Shown piece by piece: positions 1 through 10,834 of a stretch of DNA of 64,000 nt. A model generated the notes under the pieces. It made no database searches, was not told the DNA's origin, and worked only from the letters and a program-made list of their open reading frames with translations. Source of the stretch: Candidatus Komeilibacteria bacterium RIFOXYD1_FULL_37_29 (GTDB lineage Bacteria > Patescibacteriota > Patescibacteriia > UBA1558 > GWA2-36-10); the NCBI GenBank assembly GCA_001818495.1, contig MHKS01000005.1, forward strand, positions 250,038 to 314,037. The letters run 5' to 3'. The position numbers were made by a program, and so were the translations under genes. Position 1 is the first letter of the stretch, and each line of letters starts with the position of its first letter.

Positions 1-76
1 AGCAACTATCTTTGCTGATAAAGTTTTTGCTCAAGAAGAATTTGGCATCAATGATTTAGCTGATGCTGGGATAGCC

Positions 77-3000
77 TTGGGCACCAGGTCGATTCAAGAG
101 ACCATTGCCGGAATTGTCAATGTATTTTTGGGATTTTTGGGGATACTGGCCACCTTGCTTATTTTGTACGCGGGCTATCTTTGGATGACATCTGCCGGTA
201 ATGCTGAAAAAGTAGCCAAAGCCAAATTATTAATAGCCAGTGCTGTTATTGGCTTGGTGATTATATTGTCGGCTTATGCTATTTCTAGATTTATATTGAG
301 TAGATTATATGAAGAGGCTGGACCAACTGGTCCGGGTGGTGATCCAGGACCTGGTCCGGGTGGATTACCCACTTGTGATGAGCCATTCAATTTAGAAGAT
401 CCTTTGGTCTGCTCTTTAAGTAGAGGTAGTGGACCAGTCGGCAGTGGTTTGACTATCCGCGGTTGGCATTTTGATACTGATAGTGATGGTAATCCTGGCG
501 TTGGTCGAGTAGAAATTGGTGGCGTGGTGGCTGAAGTAGTGGAGTGCGCCGGTTCAGCTATGTGGGATGATAGGCGAGTCAAGGTAAAAATTCCCGATGT
601 TTTAGATCCAGGAAATTATGAAGTTATTTTATATAATGATTTTGTACCAGGTTTAGCCAGTGTAGAAAATCCACATTTTGATTTTACGGTTCTGCCTGGA
701 GTAGCCTCTGTCAATATAGATTGTCTGGTGCCAGATGAAGAAGCTGTTTCAAACCTACCAATTAATGTTCAGATTTTAGGTAATGGTTTTACCGATACTC
801 AAGATAATGTATCTATGACCGCTTGGGTAGCGGGAGCAGAAACGCCAATTGATTTAGCTATTAATTCTTGGTCAGATTTGGAAATCAATGTGGCTGTGCC
901 AGTTGATGCTTTATCTAGTGATATAGTGGTTAGTGTGGGAGCTAGCTTTGACCAAGAATTTTTTAATGTTACTTGCGCTAATGATCCGGAGTGTTCTTCT
1001 GGCTGTTGTAGTGATAATTCTTGCGTTGATTTAGCGATTTGCCAAGGAGCTGATATCCCTGGAGCCAATGCCCCGGTCATACAATCCATATCTCCAGAAG
1101 ATGGAGAAGAAGGAAGTCTCGTTACTATTTTTGGTTATAATTTTGGTAATGACCCGGGGGCAGTTACTTTTGAAGGAGCCCCAGGAGATTTGCCATCGGT
1201 TTTAAGTGGTGGCGTTTGTATTGATGTTTGGACCAATGAATATATTGTGATGGGAGTACCAGCCGGAGCCAACGGAGTTTTAAATGTCGTAATTACTCAA
1301 GCAGCCGGGGCCGGAGGAGAAAGTAGCGATCCTTATCCTGGTTTTGATCGAAATGATATTGTCCGACCAGGTCTTTGTAGTCTTAGCACCGACGAGGGAC
1401 AATACGGCGATGTTTTAGCTATCAGTGGTATAAATTTTGCGGCGACTGACGAAGTTTATTTTGATACAGTCGTTAGTTATGATACCAATATAATTTCAGC
1501 CAACAATGCGACCGCTGAAGTGCCAAATGTAGTTGGTAATCTGGGTGTTAGTTTGCAAACAGTAGCTGATGTGGCTAGTAATTTTTTACCTTTTTCAGCC
1601 TTAGCGATTGGTGGGGGCGGACCAATTATTAGCGAGTTGTCTCCAGACAACGGACCGGTAGATTCTTATGTGACTATTATGGGTTCTAATTTTGGAGATA
1701 ACGTAGGTTTAGTTTTATTTGATCTAGACAATGACCCAGGCAATGGTAATGAAGTACCGGGTAGTTTTGATTTTCCGGTAGTTTGTGGTGATTATTGGTT
1801 TGACAATTATATTATTGTCAAAGTGCCGGCTGGTCCTTGGGTAATTGGTAATGATTATCCAATCAGAGTGCAAAGAAATCCCGACGGTGCTTTGAGTAAT
1901 GATTTTGATTTTACTATTACTGATGTTGAGCCGGGACCACAGATTTGTTCAGTCAGCCCAGACAATGGTCCAATAGGAAATTTGGTAACTATTTCGGGAG
2001 AAAATTTTGGACCAAATTTAGGTAACGTTTTATTTTATAATTCCGTACCAGCCGGAGCTATTGCTAATTGGAGCTCTAATCAGGTTTTTGGAGTAGAGAT
2101 TCCAGTCGGAGCAGTCACTGGCCCTTTGATAGTTAGAGATTCAGCCGGCAATGATAGCAACGGAGTAGCTTTTAGTGTTGGCGCTTGTAGCAATGACTTG
2201 CAATGCGGTGCGGATGTTTGTTGTCCTGGGGAAAATGGTAATTATTGTGCCGCATCCTGCGATATAGTTTTAAATGCTTGTGAATATACCTGGGAAGTTA
2301 GTACCCAAGCGGATCCTTTTGAACTTCATTATAACTATAGTTGTGTTAGTGGTCTTCAATCTCCAACTCCTTGGCCTGATGAGCATGAAGGCGTTGGTGC
2401 CGATGGATTTTTGGCTCCCCAATCATCTCTTGATGCTTTTATTGATACCAATATTTCCGCTTTATTTACTCGCAATGTGGAAGATGTAGATTTTAATACA
2501 AATAATGTAGAGGTGTGGGAGTGTGATGACGGCGCAGTATTTAATCCGGCTACTTGTACGGTTGAAATTTTTGACAATGATGGAATTTTGGAAATTATCA
2601 ATCACAATAGTGACCGAGAAGGTTTTACTTTTAATCCAGCTAATAATTTATTAGCCAATCATTGGTATCAAGTTCGTTTGGGAACATTTAATGCCGAAGT
2701 GGGGGCTGATAGCTGGACACCTGATCCAGTAAATGATGCTTGGCATTTTAAAACTAGGGACAGTGATGTAATGTGCGAGGTTTCTACAGTGGCTGTTACC
2801 CCACAGAGCCCACAGGCCAACATGTATCCTAGTCGAGAAAAGACTTTTACTGCTTCGCCTTTGGCTGATAATTGTAATATCTGCGGTGGAGATTATGATT
2901 GGCAGTGGTCTTTGGGTCCTGACCCAGCGCCGATAGCAGATTATGCTACTATTGTTGGGCCATTTATTAACATGAGTGTTAATCAGGGTTACACTAGGAT

Positions 3001-6000
3001 AGAAGGTGGTCCAATGTCCACACAGTTAGTCACTGATCCAAATCATATTACTTTAATAGCTGAGAATTCTAATTATGGAATATCCGGTGAGTCTTATCCA
3101 ATTATCTTGGCGCCAATTTTAAGAGTAGAAGATAATGTGCCATCTTGTAGTGACTCTTGTACCAATGTAGCAGTCTGGGCAGATTTTAATACAGTGTTGA
3201 GTGGACCATTAAATATAAATGATTTTGCTATCTATCAATGTCTGGATGCTGATTGTAGTGGCTGGGACATTGGTACAAATTATACTAATAATTTAGACTC
3301 TTACGAAGTGCCGGGTGATGGAGTATATCGGGTGGATATTTTGCACGATCCTTTACCAGCCAATGAAAACTATATTGTTATTATTGATGAAACAGTCACC
3401 AATGTTCATGGTTATCCATTGGGATTGGATTATACTTGGGATTTTGGTGTTAGTGATACTAATTGTAGCATCACGGGCGCAGATATTTTGCCAGATAATT
3501 ATACAGCCAACTCTTTAAGCAATATTAATTATCGGGGCTATGCTTTGGCCAATGCTGGCTCTTGCGGTACCCAAGCTATCCAATGTGAAAATTGTCTTTG
3601 GAATTGGAGCAGTAGTAATCCAGCTATCGCTACTATTTTACCAGGCGGAGCAGGAGAACGGACAGTGCCGGCTACGCCAATAGCCAATGGCAATACTAAT
3701 ATAAATTTGGAAATTGATGGTACTCTCTTGGGACTTGGCTCAGCCAACAACAGCACACCTTTGACAGTAGATGTAGCTGGAGCAGATGTAGATTTTACCG
3801 AATTATCCGTTGATAATTATTTCCCCAATTGTGGCGCTTGTACCAATTCTATTGCCGAAGTTTGGTTTAATTCCAATTTGCAATTAGCTACGGTTAATAA
3901 TAATAGCGTCAGAATTTTTGATATTACCGACGGAGTTTATGATAATTCTGGTGTAACAGTTATTGCTAATAGGCATGTGATTTTAGATCATGGGCTATTT
4001 GATTTAGGACATGATTATCGAATTGAAGTAACCGACACAGTTTTAAATAGTAGTAACGATAATATTTTAGGCGGTTGGCAATCGCCAGTGATTACTATTG
4101 AAAATGATGGTTGTCTAGCTGATGCAGCCTGGGTTGATCCAGTGGTGGCTACCGCTGGCGCCAGTGATGCTATAGCTTATCGGGCTGTCACTACGTATGA
4201 TTCTCCAACTTGCGGACCAGCGCCGGTTGATTGTGACAGCTGTACCTTTGATTGGTTAAACAACGCTTTGGGTAGTTTCAATCAAACTGATGTTCAGTAT
4301 CCTATTTTTATGACCTTGGCTAATGTCAATGATGGTGATAGTGCTGTGATGACTTTAAATGTTTGGGAAGGCGCCAACGTTTTGCCAGTCACTGACGGAA
4401 CATTAAATATAGATCTTAGTATTGATGGTGGTAATTCTTTAAATATTATAGATAGTTGGCCGGATTGTGACGGTGCTTGTGATAATTCTCAGGTGGGAGT
4501 CAGGTTTAATACAGCTATAGACGAAACTACTTTGGGCGGTCAATATTCTATCACCGATGTTACCATTGGGGCAGTAGTAACTAGTGGCTATACACTTACC
4601 GGAGGGGACAGAACTTTGATTATAGAACATTTACCTTTGGTTTTGGGTCATGATTATGCGGTGCTGGTTAGTCAGGGCATCGCCAATGTTGATGGTAATT
4701 CTTTGCCAGGGCCGTTTAGTTTTGATTTTACAGTTGGTGAGGCAGAATGTCAGATTACCTCAGTCAATGTTGAGCCGGCTAGTACTACAGCTGTAGCTAG
4801 CCAGGGCATTACTTATAATGTAGAAACTTTGGCCAATACTGTGGCTTGCGGTAATTTGCCAGTTTATTGTGATAGTTGTACTTACAGTTGGTCTGATTTA
4901 CCTGACTTGGGAGCTTTTAATAATGCTACTTTACAAAATCCAATTTTTACCACGTCTCCAGCAGTGGTTAATGGTGATATCATCACTATTGAAGCTGATG
5001 TAGTAGACCAAGGAACTTTGTTTGAAGACAGTGGACAAATAAATATAGTGATTGGTCCAGCAATAAATCCAACGGTTAACTTAATAGGATTTTTCCCGCC
5101 AGATGAAATCTTAATGTGTATCAATGCCGTCCCATATTTCGAATTTGATATTAGTAATGGTGATTTGGATAGGCAGAGTTTGATAGACCAGGCGATTTTC
5201 TTAGAGATAGATGGCACACCAGTTAGTTTTTCAGTGAGATTTTTAGAGTTAAATCCAGGCATTTTATCAGCTATTTACGAGCCAGCTAATGTTTTGGATA
5301 GGGGTACCATTTATTTTTTCGGTTTTATTAACTTAGGACAAGTCAGAGCCGAAGGTGGTGGGCCAGTGGGTGTCAATTTACCAGAACCTTTAAATAATCA
5401 TCTAGGTAATCTCGGCAGATTTTTAATGACCTTAGATGAGGAGTGTCCTATTCAGCATGTAGAAATTTATCCGGCAGCAGATTCTTTTACTTGTATAGAT
5501 AACAATGGTTGTGATGATGATGAGGGGGCTATGATCGGTAACCAGCATTTATACCAGAGTGTAGTCTATGATATTCAAAATAATATACTAGGACAAGCTC
5601 TTTCTACTTATGCTTGGTCCTCTAGTGATAATAATATAGTTGACCCAGAAAGTTTGAATGATCCGGAAATTTTAGGCACAGCTGGGGAAAATGGTATTGC
5701 CCATTTGAATTTAGAAGTTTTCCTAAATACTGATCCAGCTGATGTTTTTAATACTAATAATACAGTGGAGGTAAATACCTGTCAGAATCCTTGGCCAAAT
5801 TTGGCTACTTATCCCTGGAATGACAATACTTTGCCGGATATGAATTTCTCCACTTATTATTGTGAAGAATATGGAATACCAGGCGAAACGATTTTGCCAC
5901 ATATGGATATTCCAAATATTATAAATTCTCCAGATCCCAATGTCATTAGAGAATACATTACTACGATTGAATATCCAATGGCTTTAAATGGGGCTAGTTC

Positions 6001-9000
6001 TTATCTTGGTTCTTTGGCTTATAATGAAAAATCAAACGATGATTCTTGGGCCAAAAAGTTAGTAGCTTTATTTAAACCAGTCAGGGCTAACAGCCAAGGT
6101 AATCCGACAGTTGATATTATCGCTTTTAGAGTCATGAATAATTCAGAGCATCTTTCTATAATCGATTGGTATACCAAAAATGCTCCCAATCCAGAAGGTG
6201 GACAAACTATAACTATCAACGGTTACGAAGCCATGCAAGTCGGCGCTTCAATCTATATAGCGGCCACCAATATTGAAGGTGGAACAATTTATACCAATGT
6301 CTATATAATTGCTCATAATATTGGAGCCAATGCTACGACTTTAGAAATTTATAATCAGTTAGTTGAAAATTTCAAATTAAATGTTAATATTGGTACTACT
6401 TTGGCTGGTACCTGTAATGGTCAGACATCTTTATCGTGTTCTAGTGATTTTGACTGCCCAAATTATTGTGATAATTTTGCTGATAATAATCAGGCCGATT
6501 GTCTAGCCAGTGGCTCAAATTGGCTACCTGATAGTTGTGATGCCTCACTTCTAAAATTGCGTCGGGATACCAAGCGTCTCAGTGATTTGGTTAATATCAA
6601 TGAAGCTGTTTTAGCTTACGGAGAAATGCATAAAGCTTGTGCTAACAACAGCTTGATTTCTTGTCAAAATTCTTCCAATTGTCCGAGCGGGGCAGCTTGT
6701 GTGCCATATTATCCACCTTTAAATTCTGGAACGTATCTAAATGGATCTTCCAATACTCGCTGGCCGTCCTGGCAAGAAACTTTGTCCGGCACTTTGGGCT
6801 ATTCTTTGCCAGAAGATCCAATCAATTTATTTAATGGTTGTAATGATCCTTATAATCCTGAGACTTGTTGGGATGAACAGGCTTTGGAATTTATCTGTCC
6901 AGCCAATTCTTTGGTCTATATGTATAACATCGGGGGCATTGGACAGTCTTACTATTTGGGGGCAAAATTTGAATTTGATATGCAAAATCCTGCCCCGCCA
7001 GTTACTTTTGTTAATAATTTAAATAATCCAGTCACTATGGATTTGGATATCAATACTCCATATTGTGATGCTATTGTGTTAAATCCTCCGGGAGCTTCAG
7101 CTAGCCCCTATTGTGGTAACGGTGTGATTGATAATGATTACTGTACTGAGCCTGTTTATAATAATCAGGCCGCTTGTCTAGCCGCTGGTGCAGATTGGAT
7201 TGTCAGTGAAGAGTGTGATAACGAATTTTGGAGATTTGCTTGTTCAGAGTCTCCGCCAACTGCTAATCCAGCTATACCAACAGTCGGCAACCATGAATGG
7301 TGGAGAGAGCAGACCATTGGTTGTAATCCTCCTGGAACTATCAATAGTACCGGAGAATTGATTGAATGTACTTGGTATAGACCAAGTCCGCCAATTATTG
7401 CCTCTCAATGTGGCGGTTATTGCGGTGATGGAACTCGCCAGCCTTATTATGAAAGATGTGATGGAGGCTTACCAGCTGAACCTTATCATTGTGCTGAGGC
7501 CGGAGTAAACCCATATTGTGCCGATTGTCAGGTGCTTTGTAACAATGGCACAAATATTTATCCAGCTGCTTTATGTGGTGATGGTATTTGGTCACAACCA
7601 ACAGAACAATGTGATCCAACAGCCAACCCAAACGGTAATGCTGGTTGGGATTGTACGGATGGCGGTAACATTGGTTGTAGTAATAGTTGTCAAAGAACTT
7701 GTACAGTAGGTACTCCTTATCCAGGACTTTGTGGTGATGGTTCTTTTAATCCATTAAATGAAGAATGTGATTATTCTAACTACAGTGCACCACTACCAAT
7801 AAATTCTAGCGCCATAGCTAGTTACAGCTGTACTTTATTTTGTGAGATGAATGGTGAATTTTGTGGTGATGGTGTAGCTCAGTATGAATATCAAGAACTA
7901 TGTGATTGGAATGGAGGATCTTATACCAGTCCCACACCATTATTTTCTGATGAATTTCATCAATATGGTTGTCGGGAAAATGGTTTTTATACAGCTTTAA
8001 ATGGAGCAGACTATGGTGCTTGTACAGCTACTTTGGACGGTTGGTGCGGTGACGGTAATATTCAGGACGGTGTAACATTCCCAGATTATGGAGAAGAGTG
8101 TGATCCGGGAGCACCTTGGGATGAAATAGATCAAAACCCTCCACCACCACTGCCGGAAAATAGTAGTATCAACAATCAGTATTCTTGTGATATTGATTGT
8201 GTGGGCAGAATCGGTGGCTATTGTGGCGATAATGCGGCCAATGAACCATTTGAAATTTGTGACGGCTCAGATTATCCAACCAGGCCAATACCATTTTTCT
8301 CTGGACCAAACAATACTTATGCCTGTGATGCTGATTGTAGTGGTGGGGCAGTAGGTGGTGGCTGGTGTGGCGATGGTACCAAAAATAGCAATTATTACGA
8401 AGCCTGTGATTGGGGTATTGAGGGTGCTCAAGATGCAGACAATTATCCATGGCCCCGGGGAGCTAGCTTGAGTAATTTCTCCAGTGAAATGAATCAGTAT
8501 GTTTGTAGCTCCTGTGTAAATTTTGGTGGCTATTGCGGTAACGGTGTAGTGGATGGTGCTTGCACAGTCAATTGTACTGATTGCGATCAAAATAATAATA
8601 ATTGTCAGAGCTCAGTTGGCTGCACTGCCTTTCAGTGTACCTCCAAGAGTGGCACTTTCTTCCCTTATGAGCAGTGCGATAGCGGTTATGACCCGGCCTA
8701 TTTGGTCAATAAAAATGTCGATATTGTTTACATATTTGATACTTCTGGATCTATGAGTGGAGCGGCTGCCCAATTATGTCAATCTACTGCTACAGTAGTT
8801 AACACCTTAAATACTGAGCATCCAGATATAAATTATCGTATTACTATTTTCCCAATGGGCGATGGCGACGGTACAGATGGAGTGGGTTATGAACTGACAG
8901 CTACGGAAACTGATAATATTCAATATTTTTTTGAGTTAGAAAACGGAGAAGGTACTACAGAACCATGGTACGATGAAGTTTTCGATGCCTTGTATTCCAA

Positions 9001-10813
9001 TTGTCCGCAACTGGTCAATCCGGTTACGGGAGCCACTGTTGATCCAAAAATTAGATATCGTAGCTTATACGATGACGCTACCAACGATATTGATGACCCA
9101 GTTGATATCTATGCCGGTGATACAGTTAATGAATTTTGTCCAGCATATGATGCTACAGAGAATTGGGGTTATGATGTCAAGAGAATAGCCGAGGATTATA
9201 ATTGGCTAGAGGGTTATCATAGAATTATTGTACCGGTCAGCAATGAACACGCTGTTTGTGGAGGACAAGGGGGTGCCAGCGCCAACGAAAATTTTGTTGA
9301 GGTTGATGGAATTTATGATATTTTAGCTGAAGCAGTTAGAGCGGCTAAAATTGATCCATCTAATCCAGTCTTTATAAACCCAGTTTTATGGGGAGCTTCG
9401 GGTATTACGACCATTGGTAGCGCCATTGCTGATGCTACTGGTGGACAATTTACTAGCAATACAGCTGGCTGGGAAGTCCAAACCCTTCAAGTAATCAACT
9501 CTACTATTTGTGATGGCGTCGGCGGTGGTGCTGACGGCAATGATCCAGACGGTCATATGGATTGTGTTTTAGACGACACCTGGGTTCCAGCTGAACCGCC
9601 ACCAGCTCCACCTTGTCGTGTCGAAGGACAATCTTGTAGTTTTATTCCTTGTTGTGCTGGACCGGGACTATTTTGTAATGCTTCTCAAGTTTGTGAAGCG
9701 CCAGCTATACCGCCACCAATGATTACTAGTCCACTGACTGCTAGTGGAGCACCTAGTCAGCCATTTACTTATACTATCACCGCCACCAACAATCCCACTT
9801 CATATGGCGCGGCCAATTTACCAGCTGGTTTATCAATCAATACCACTACTGGCGTGATATCGGGCAGTACGGCTGTTTTGGGAACACGCCTAGTCACTAT
9901 CACGGCTACCAATGCTACTGCAACAGACAGCGAAACCCTCAATCTGACTATTGCCGCAGTCCCTGTTATTACTAGCCCCCTAGCTGCCACCGGAACAGCT
10001 AATCAGCCGTTTACTTATACTATTACCGCTACCAATAATCCTACTAGCTTTAACGCTGAGCCATTCTTACCTCAAGGATTATCTATAAATTTAGCCACCG
10101 GAGTAATTTCTGGTGCTACAGCGACTGTGGGGGTACACAATATTACTATTAGTGCCAGCAATAATATCGGTAGTGATTCAGAAACTTTGGTTATTACTAT
10201 TTTGGCGCCTATACCAGTTATTACTTCTCCTTTGACGGCTACTGTGCCAGTTGGCCAGGCTTTTACCTATACTATTACCGCTAGTGGTAACCCTACCAGT
10301 TTTAATGCCGTTGGTTTACCAGCCGGGCTATCTGTAAATACTACTAGTGGTGTAATATCAGGTACGCCAACCATCGCCGGAACCTACAATGTTACTATTA
10401 GCGCTACCAACGGCAGTGGCACCGGTTCAGCTACTTTGGTTTTGACTGTGACGTTAAGCGCGCCAGTCATTACTAGCGCCAATACAGCCACAGCCACACT
10501 AACCAGGTTTTTCGGTTATTTGATTACTGCTACCAACAGTCCAAGCACCTTTAATGCCGTTGGTTTACCAGCCGGACTATCTATTGATACTAATACTGGT
10601 GTAATATCAGGTATTCCGACAGCTACTGGTGTTTACAGTGTCACTATTAGTGCCACTAATGCCGCTGGTACTGGTACTAGCGTATTAACTATTACGGTTA
10701 ATAATTGTAGTGGTGCTAATCAAGCTTGTAGCGCTACTCAACTTTGTTGTTCAGGAACATCTTGTAGTGGTGGTACTTGTTCAATTGTTTCTGATCGAGA
10801 AAGCTCGTTCTAA
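77..10813 (+). CDS. Giant (3578 aa or more) multidomain cell-surface protein. N-terminal double-TM pilin/VirB2-like hairpin, a Gly/Pro linker, about 8 IPT/TIG-like repeats (…VTI.G.NFG…), Cys-rich modules, about 12 CGDG…EECD Cys-rich repeats, a vWA domain (MIDAS DIVYIFDTSGSMSG), 5 tandem Ig-like repeats of the He_PIG type, and a Cys-rich C-terminus.
   Basis: Single 10.7 kb ORF. The frame has no stop back to nt 2, so the start is either TTG at 77 or upstream of the window. Domain calls come from motif reading of the translation. Confidence 0.85.
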   Translation: MGTRSIQETIAGIVNVFLGFLGILATLLILYAGYLWMTSAGNAEKVAKAKLLIASAVIGLVIILSAYAISRFILSRLYEEAGPTGPGGDPGPGPGGLPTCDEPFNLEDPLVCSLSRGSGPVGSGLTIRGWHFDTDSDGNPGVGRVEIGGVVAEVVECAGSAMWDDRRVKVKIPDVLDPGNYEVILYNDFVPGLASVENPHFDFTVLPGVASVNIDCLVPDEEAVSNLPINVQILGNGFTDTQDNVSMTAWVAGAETPIDLAINSWSDLEINVAVPVDALSSDIVVSVGASFDQEFFNVTCANDPECSSGCCSDNSCVDLAICQGADIPGANAPVIQSISPEDGEEGSLVTIFGYNFGNDPGAVTFEGAPGDLPSVLSGGVCIDVWTNEYIVMGVPAGANGVLNVVITQAAGAGGESSDPYPGFDRNDIVRPGLCSLSTDEGQYGDVLAISGINFAATDEVYFDTVVSYDTNIISANNATAEVPNVVGNLGVSLQTVADVASNFLPFSALAIGGGGPIISELSPDNGPVDSYVTIMGSNFGDNVGLVLFDLDNDPGNGNEVPGSFDFPVVCGDYWFDNYIIVKVPAGPWVIGNDYPIRVQRNPDGALSNDFDFTITDVEPGPQICSVSPDNGPIGNLVTISGENFGPNLGNVLFYNSVPAGAIANWSSNQVFGVEIPVGAVTGPLIVRDSAGNDSNGVAFSVGACSNDLQCGADVCCPGENGNYCAASCDIVLNACEYTWEVSTQADPFELHYNYSCVSGLQSPTPWPDEHEGVGADGFLAPQSSLDAFIDTNISALFTRNVEDVDFNTNNVEVWECDDGAVFNPATCTVEIFDNDGILEIINHNSDREGFTFNPANNLLANHWYQVRLGTFNAEVGADSWTPDPVNDAWHFKTRDSDVMCEVSTVAVTPQSPQANMYPSREKTFTASPLADNCNICGGDYDWQWSLGPDPAPIADYATIVGPFINMSVNQGYTRIEGGPMSTQLVTDPNHITLIAENSNYGISGESYPIILAPILRVEDNVPSCSDSCTNVAVWADFNTVLSGPLNINDFAIYQCLDADCSGWDIGTNYTNNLDSYEVPGDGVYRVDILHDPLPANENYIVIIDETVTNVHGYPLGLDYTWDFGVSDTNCSITGADILPDNYTANSLSNINYRGYALANAGSCGTQAIQCENCLWNWSSSNPAIATILPGGAGERTVPATPIANGNTNINLEIDGTLLGLGSANNSTPLTVDVAGADVDFTELSVDNYFPNCGACTNSIAEVWFNSNLQLATVNNNSVRIFDITDGVYDNSGVTVIANRHVILDHGLFDLGHDYRIEVTDTVLNSSNDNILGGWQSPVITIENDGCLADAAWVDPVVATAGASDAIAYRAVTTYDSPTCGPAPVDCDSCTFDWLNNALGSFNQTDVQYPIFMTLANVNDGDSAVMTLNVWEGANVLPVTDGTLNIDLSIDGGNSLNIIDSWPDCDGACDNSQVGVRFNTAIDETTLGGQYSITDVTIGAVVTSGYTLTGGDRTLIIEHLPLVLGHDYAVLVSQGIANVDGNSLPGPFSFDFTVGEAECQITSVNVEPASTTAVASQGITYNVETLANTVACGNLPVYCDSCTYSWSDLPDLGAFNNATLQNPIFTTSPAVVNGDIITIEADVVDQGTLFEDSGQINIVIGPAINPTVNLIGFFPPDEILMCINAVPYFEFDISNGDLDRQSLIDQAIFLEIDGTPVSFSVRFLELNPGILSAIYEPANVLDRGTIYFFGFINLGQVRAEGGGPVGVNLPEPLNNHLGNLGRFLMTLDEECPIQHVEIYPAADSFTCIDNNGCDDDEGAMIGNQHLYQSVVYDIQNNILGQALSTYAWSSSDNNIVDPESLNDPEILGTAGENGIAHLNLEVFLNTDPADVFNTNNTVEVNTCQNPWPNLATYPWNDNTLPDMNFSTYYCEEYGIPGETILPHMDIPNIINSPDPNVIREYITTIEYPMALNGASSYLGSLAYNEKSNDDSWAKKLVALFKPVRANSQGNPTVDIIAFRVMNNSEHLSIIDWYTKNAPNPEGGQTITINGYEAMQVGASIYIAATNIEGGTIYTNVYIIAHNIGANATTLEIYNQLVENFKLNVNIGTTLAGTCNGQTSLSCSSDFDCPNYCDNFADNNQADCLASGSNWLPDSCDASLLKLRRDTKRLSDLVNINEAVLAYGEMHKACANNSLISCQNSSNCPSGAACVPYYPPLNSGTYLNGSSNTRWPSWQETLSGTLGYSLPEDPINLFNGCNDPYNPETCWDEQALEFICPANSLVYMYNIGGIGQSYYLGAKFEFDMQNPAPPVTFVNNLNNPVTMDLDINTPYCDAIVLNPPGASASPYCGNGVIDNDYCTEPVYNNQAACLAAGADWIVSEECDNEFWRFACSESPPTANPAIPTVGNHEWWREQTIGCNPPGTINSTGELIECTWYRPSPPIIASQCGGYCGDGTRQPYYERCDGGLPAEPYHCAEAGVNPYCADCQVLCNNGTNIYPAALCGDGIWSQPTEQCDPTANPNGNAGWDCTDGGNIGCSNSCQRTCTVGTPYPGLCGDGSFNPLNEECDYSNYSAPLPINSSAIASYSCTLFCEMNGEFCGDGVAQYEYQELCDWNGGSYTSPTPLFSDEFHQYGCRENGFYTALNGADYGACTATLDGWCGDGNIQDGVTFPDYGEECDPGAPWDEIDQNPPPPLPENSSINNQYSCDIDCVGRIGGYCGDNAANEPFEICDGSDYPTRPIPFFSGPNNTYACDADCSGGAVGGGWCGDGTKNSNYYEACDWGIEGAQDADNYPWPRGASLSNFSSEMNQYVCSSCVNFGGYCGNGVVDGACTVNCTDCDQNNNNCQSSVGCTAFQCTSKSGTFFPYEQCDSGYDPAYLVNKNVDIVYIFDTSGSMSGAAAQLCQSTATVVNTLNTEHPDINYRITIFPMGDGDGTDGVGYELTATETDNIQYFFELENGEGTTEPWYDEVFDALYSNCPQLVNPVTGATVDPKIRYRSLYDDATNDIDDPVDIYAGDTVNEFCPAYDATENWGYDVKRIAEDYNWLEGYHRIIVPVSNEHAVCGGQGGASANENFVEVDGIYDILAEAVRAAKIDPSNPVFINPVLWGASGITTIGSAIADATGGQFTSNTAGWEVQTLQVINSTICDGVGGGADGNDPDGHMDCVLDDTWVPAEPPPAPPCRVEGQSCSFIPCCAGPGLFCNASQVCEAPAIPPPMITSPLTASGAPSQPFTYTITATNNPTSYGAANLPAGLSINTTTGVISGSTAVLGTRLVTITATNATATDSETLNLTIAAVPVITSPLAATGTANQPFTYTITATNNPTSFNAEPFLPQGLSINLATGVISGATATVGVHNITISASNNIGSDSETLVITILAPIPVITSPLTATVPVGQAFTYTITASGNPTSFNAVGLPAGLSVNTTSGVISGTPTIAGTYNVTISATNGSGTGSATLVLTVTLSAPVITSANTATATLTRFFGYLITATNSPSTFNAVGLPAGLSIDTNTGVISGIPTATGVYSVTISATNAAGTGTSVLTITVNNCSGANQACSATQLCCSGTSCSGGTCSIVSDRESSF

Positions 10814-10834
10814 TATTAAGCTTTAATAATATTT

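Noticed and set aside
274-10000. Many short minus-strand or alternative-frame ORFs inside the giant gene (for example 274..582, 799..1089, 8169..8590, 9769..9990).
   Set aside because: They are fully embedded in a continuous 10.7 kb ORF that has clear domain content. They are low-complexity frame shadows.
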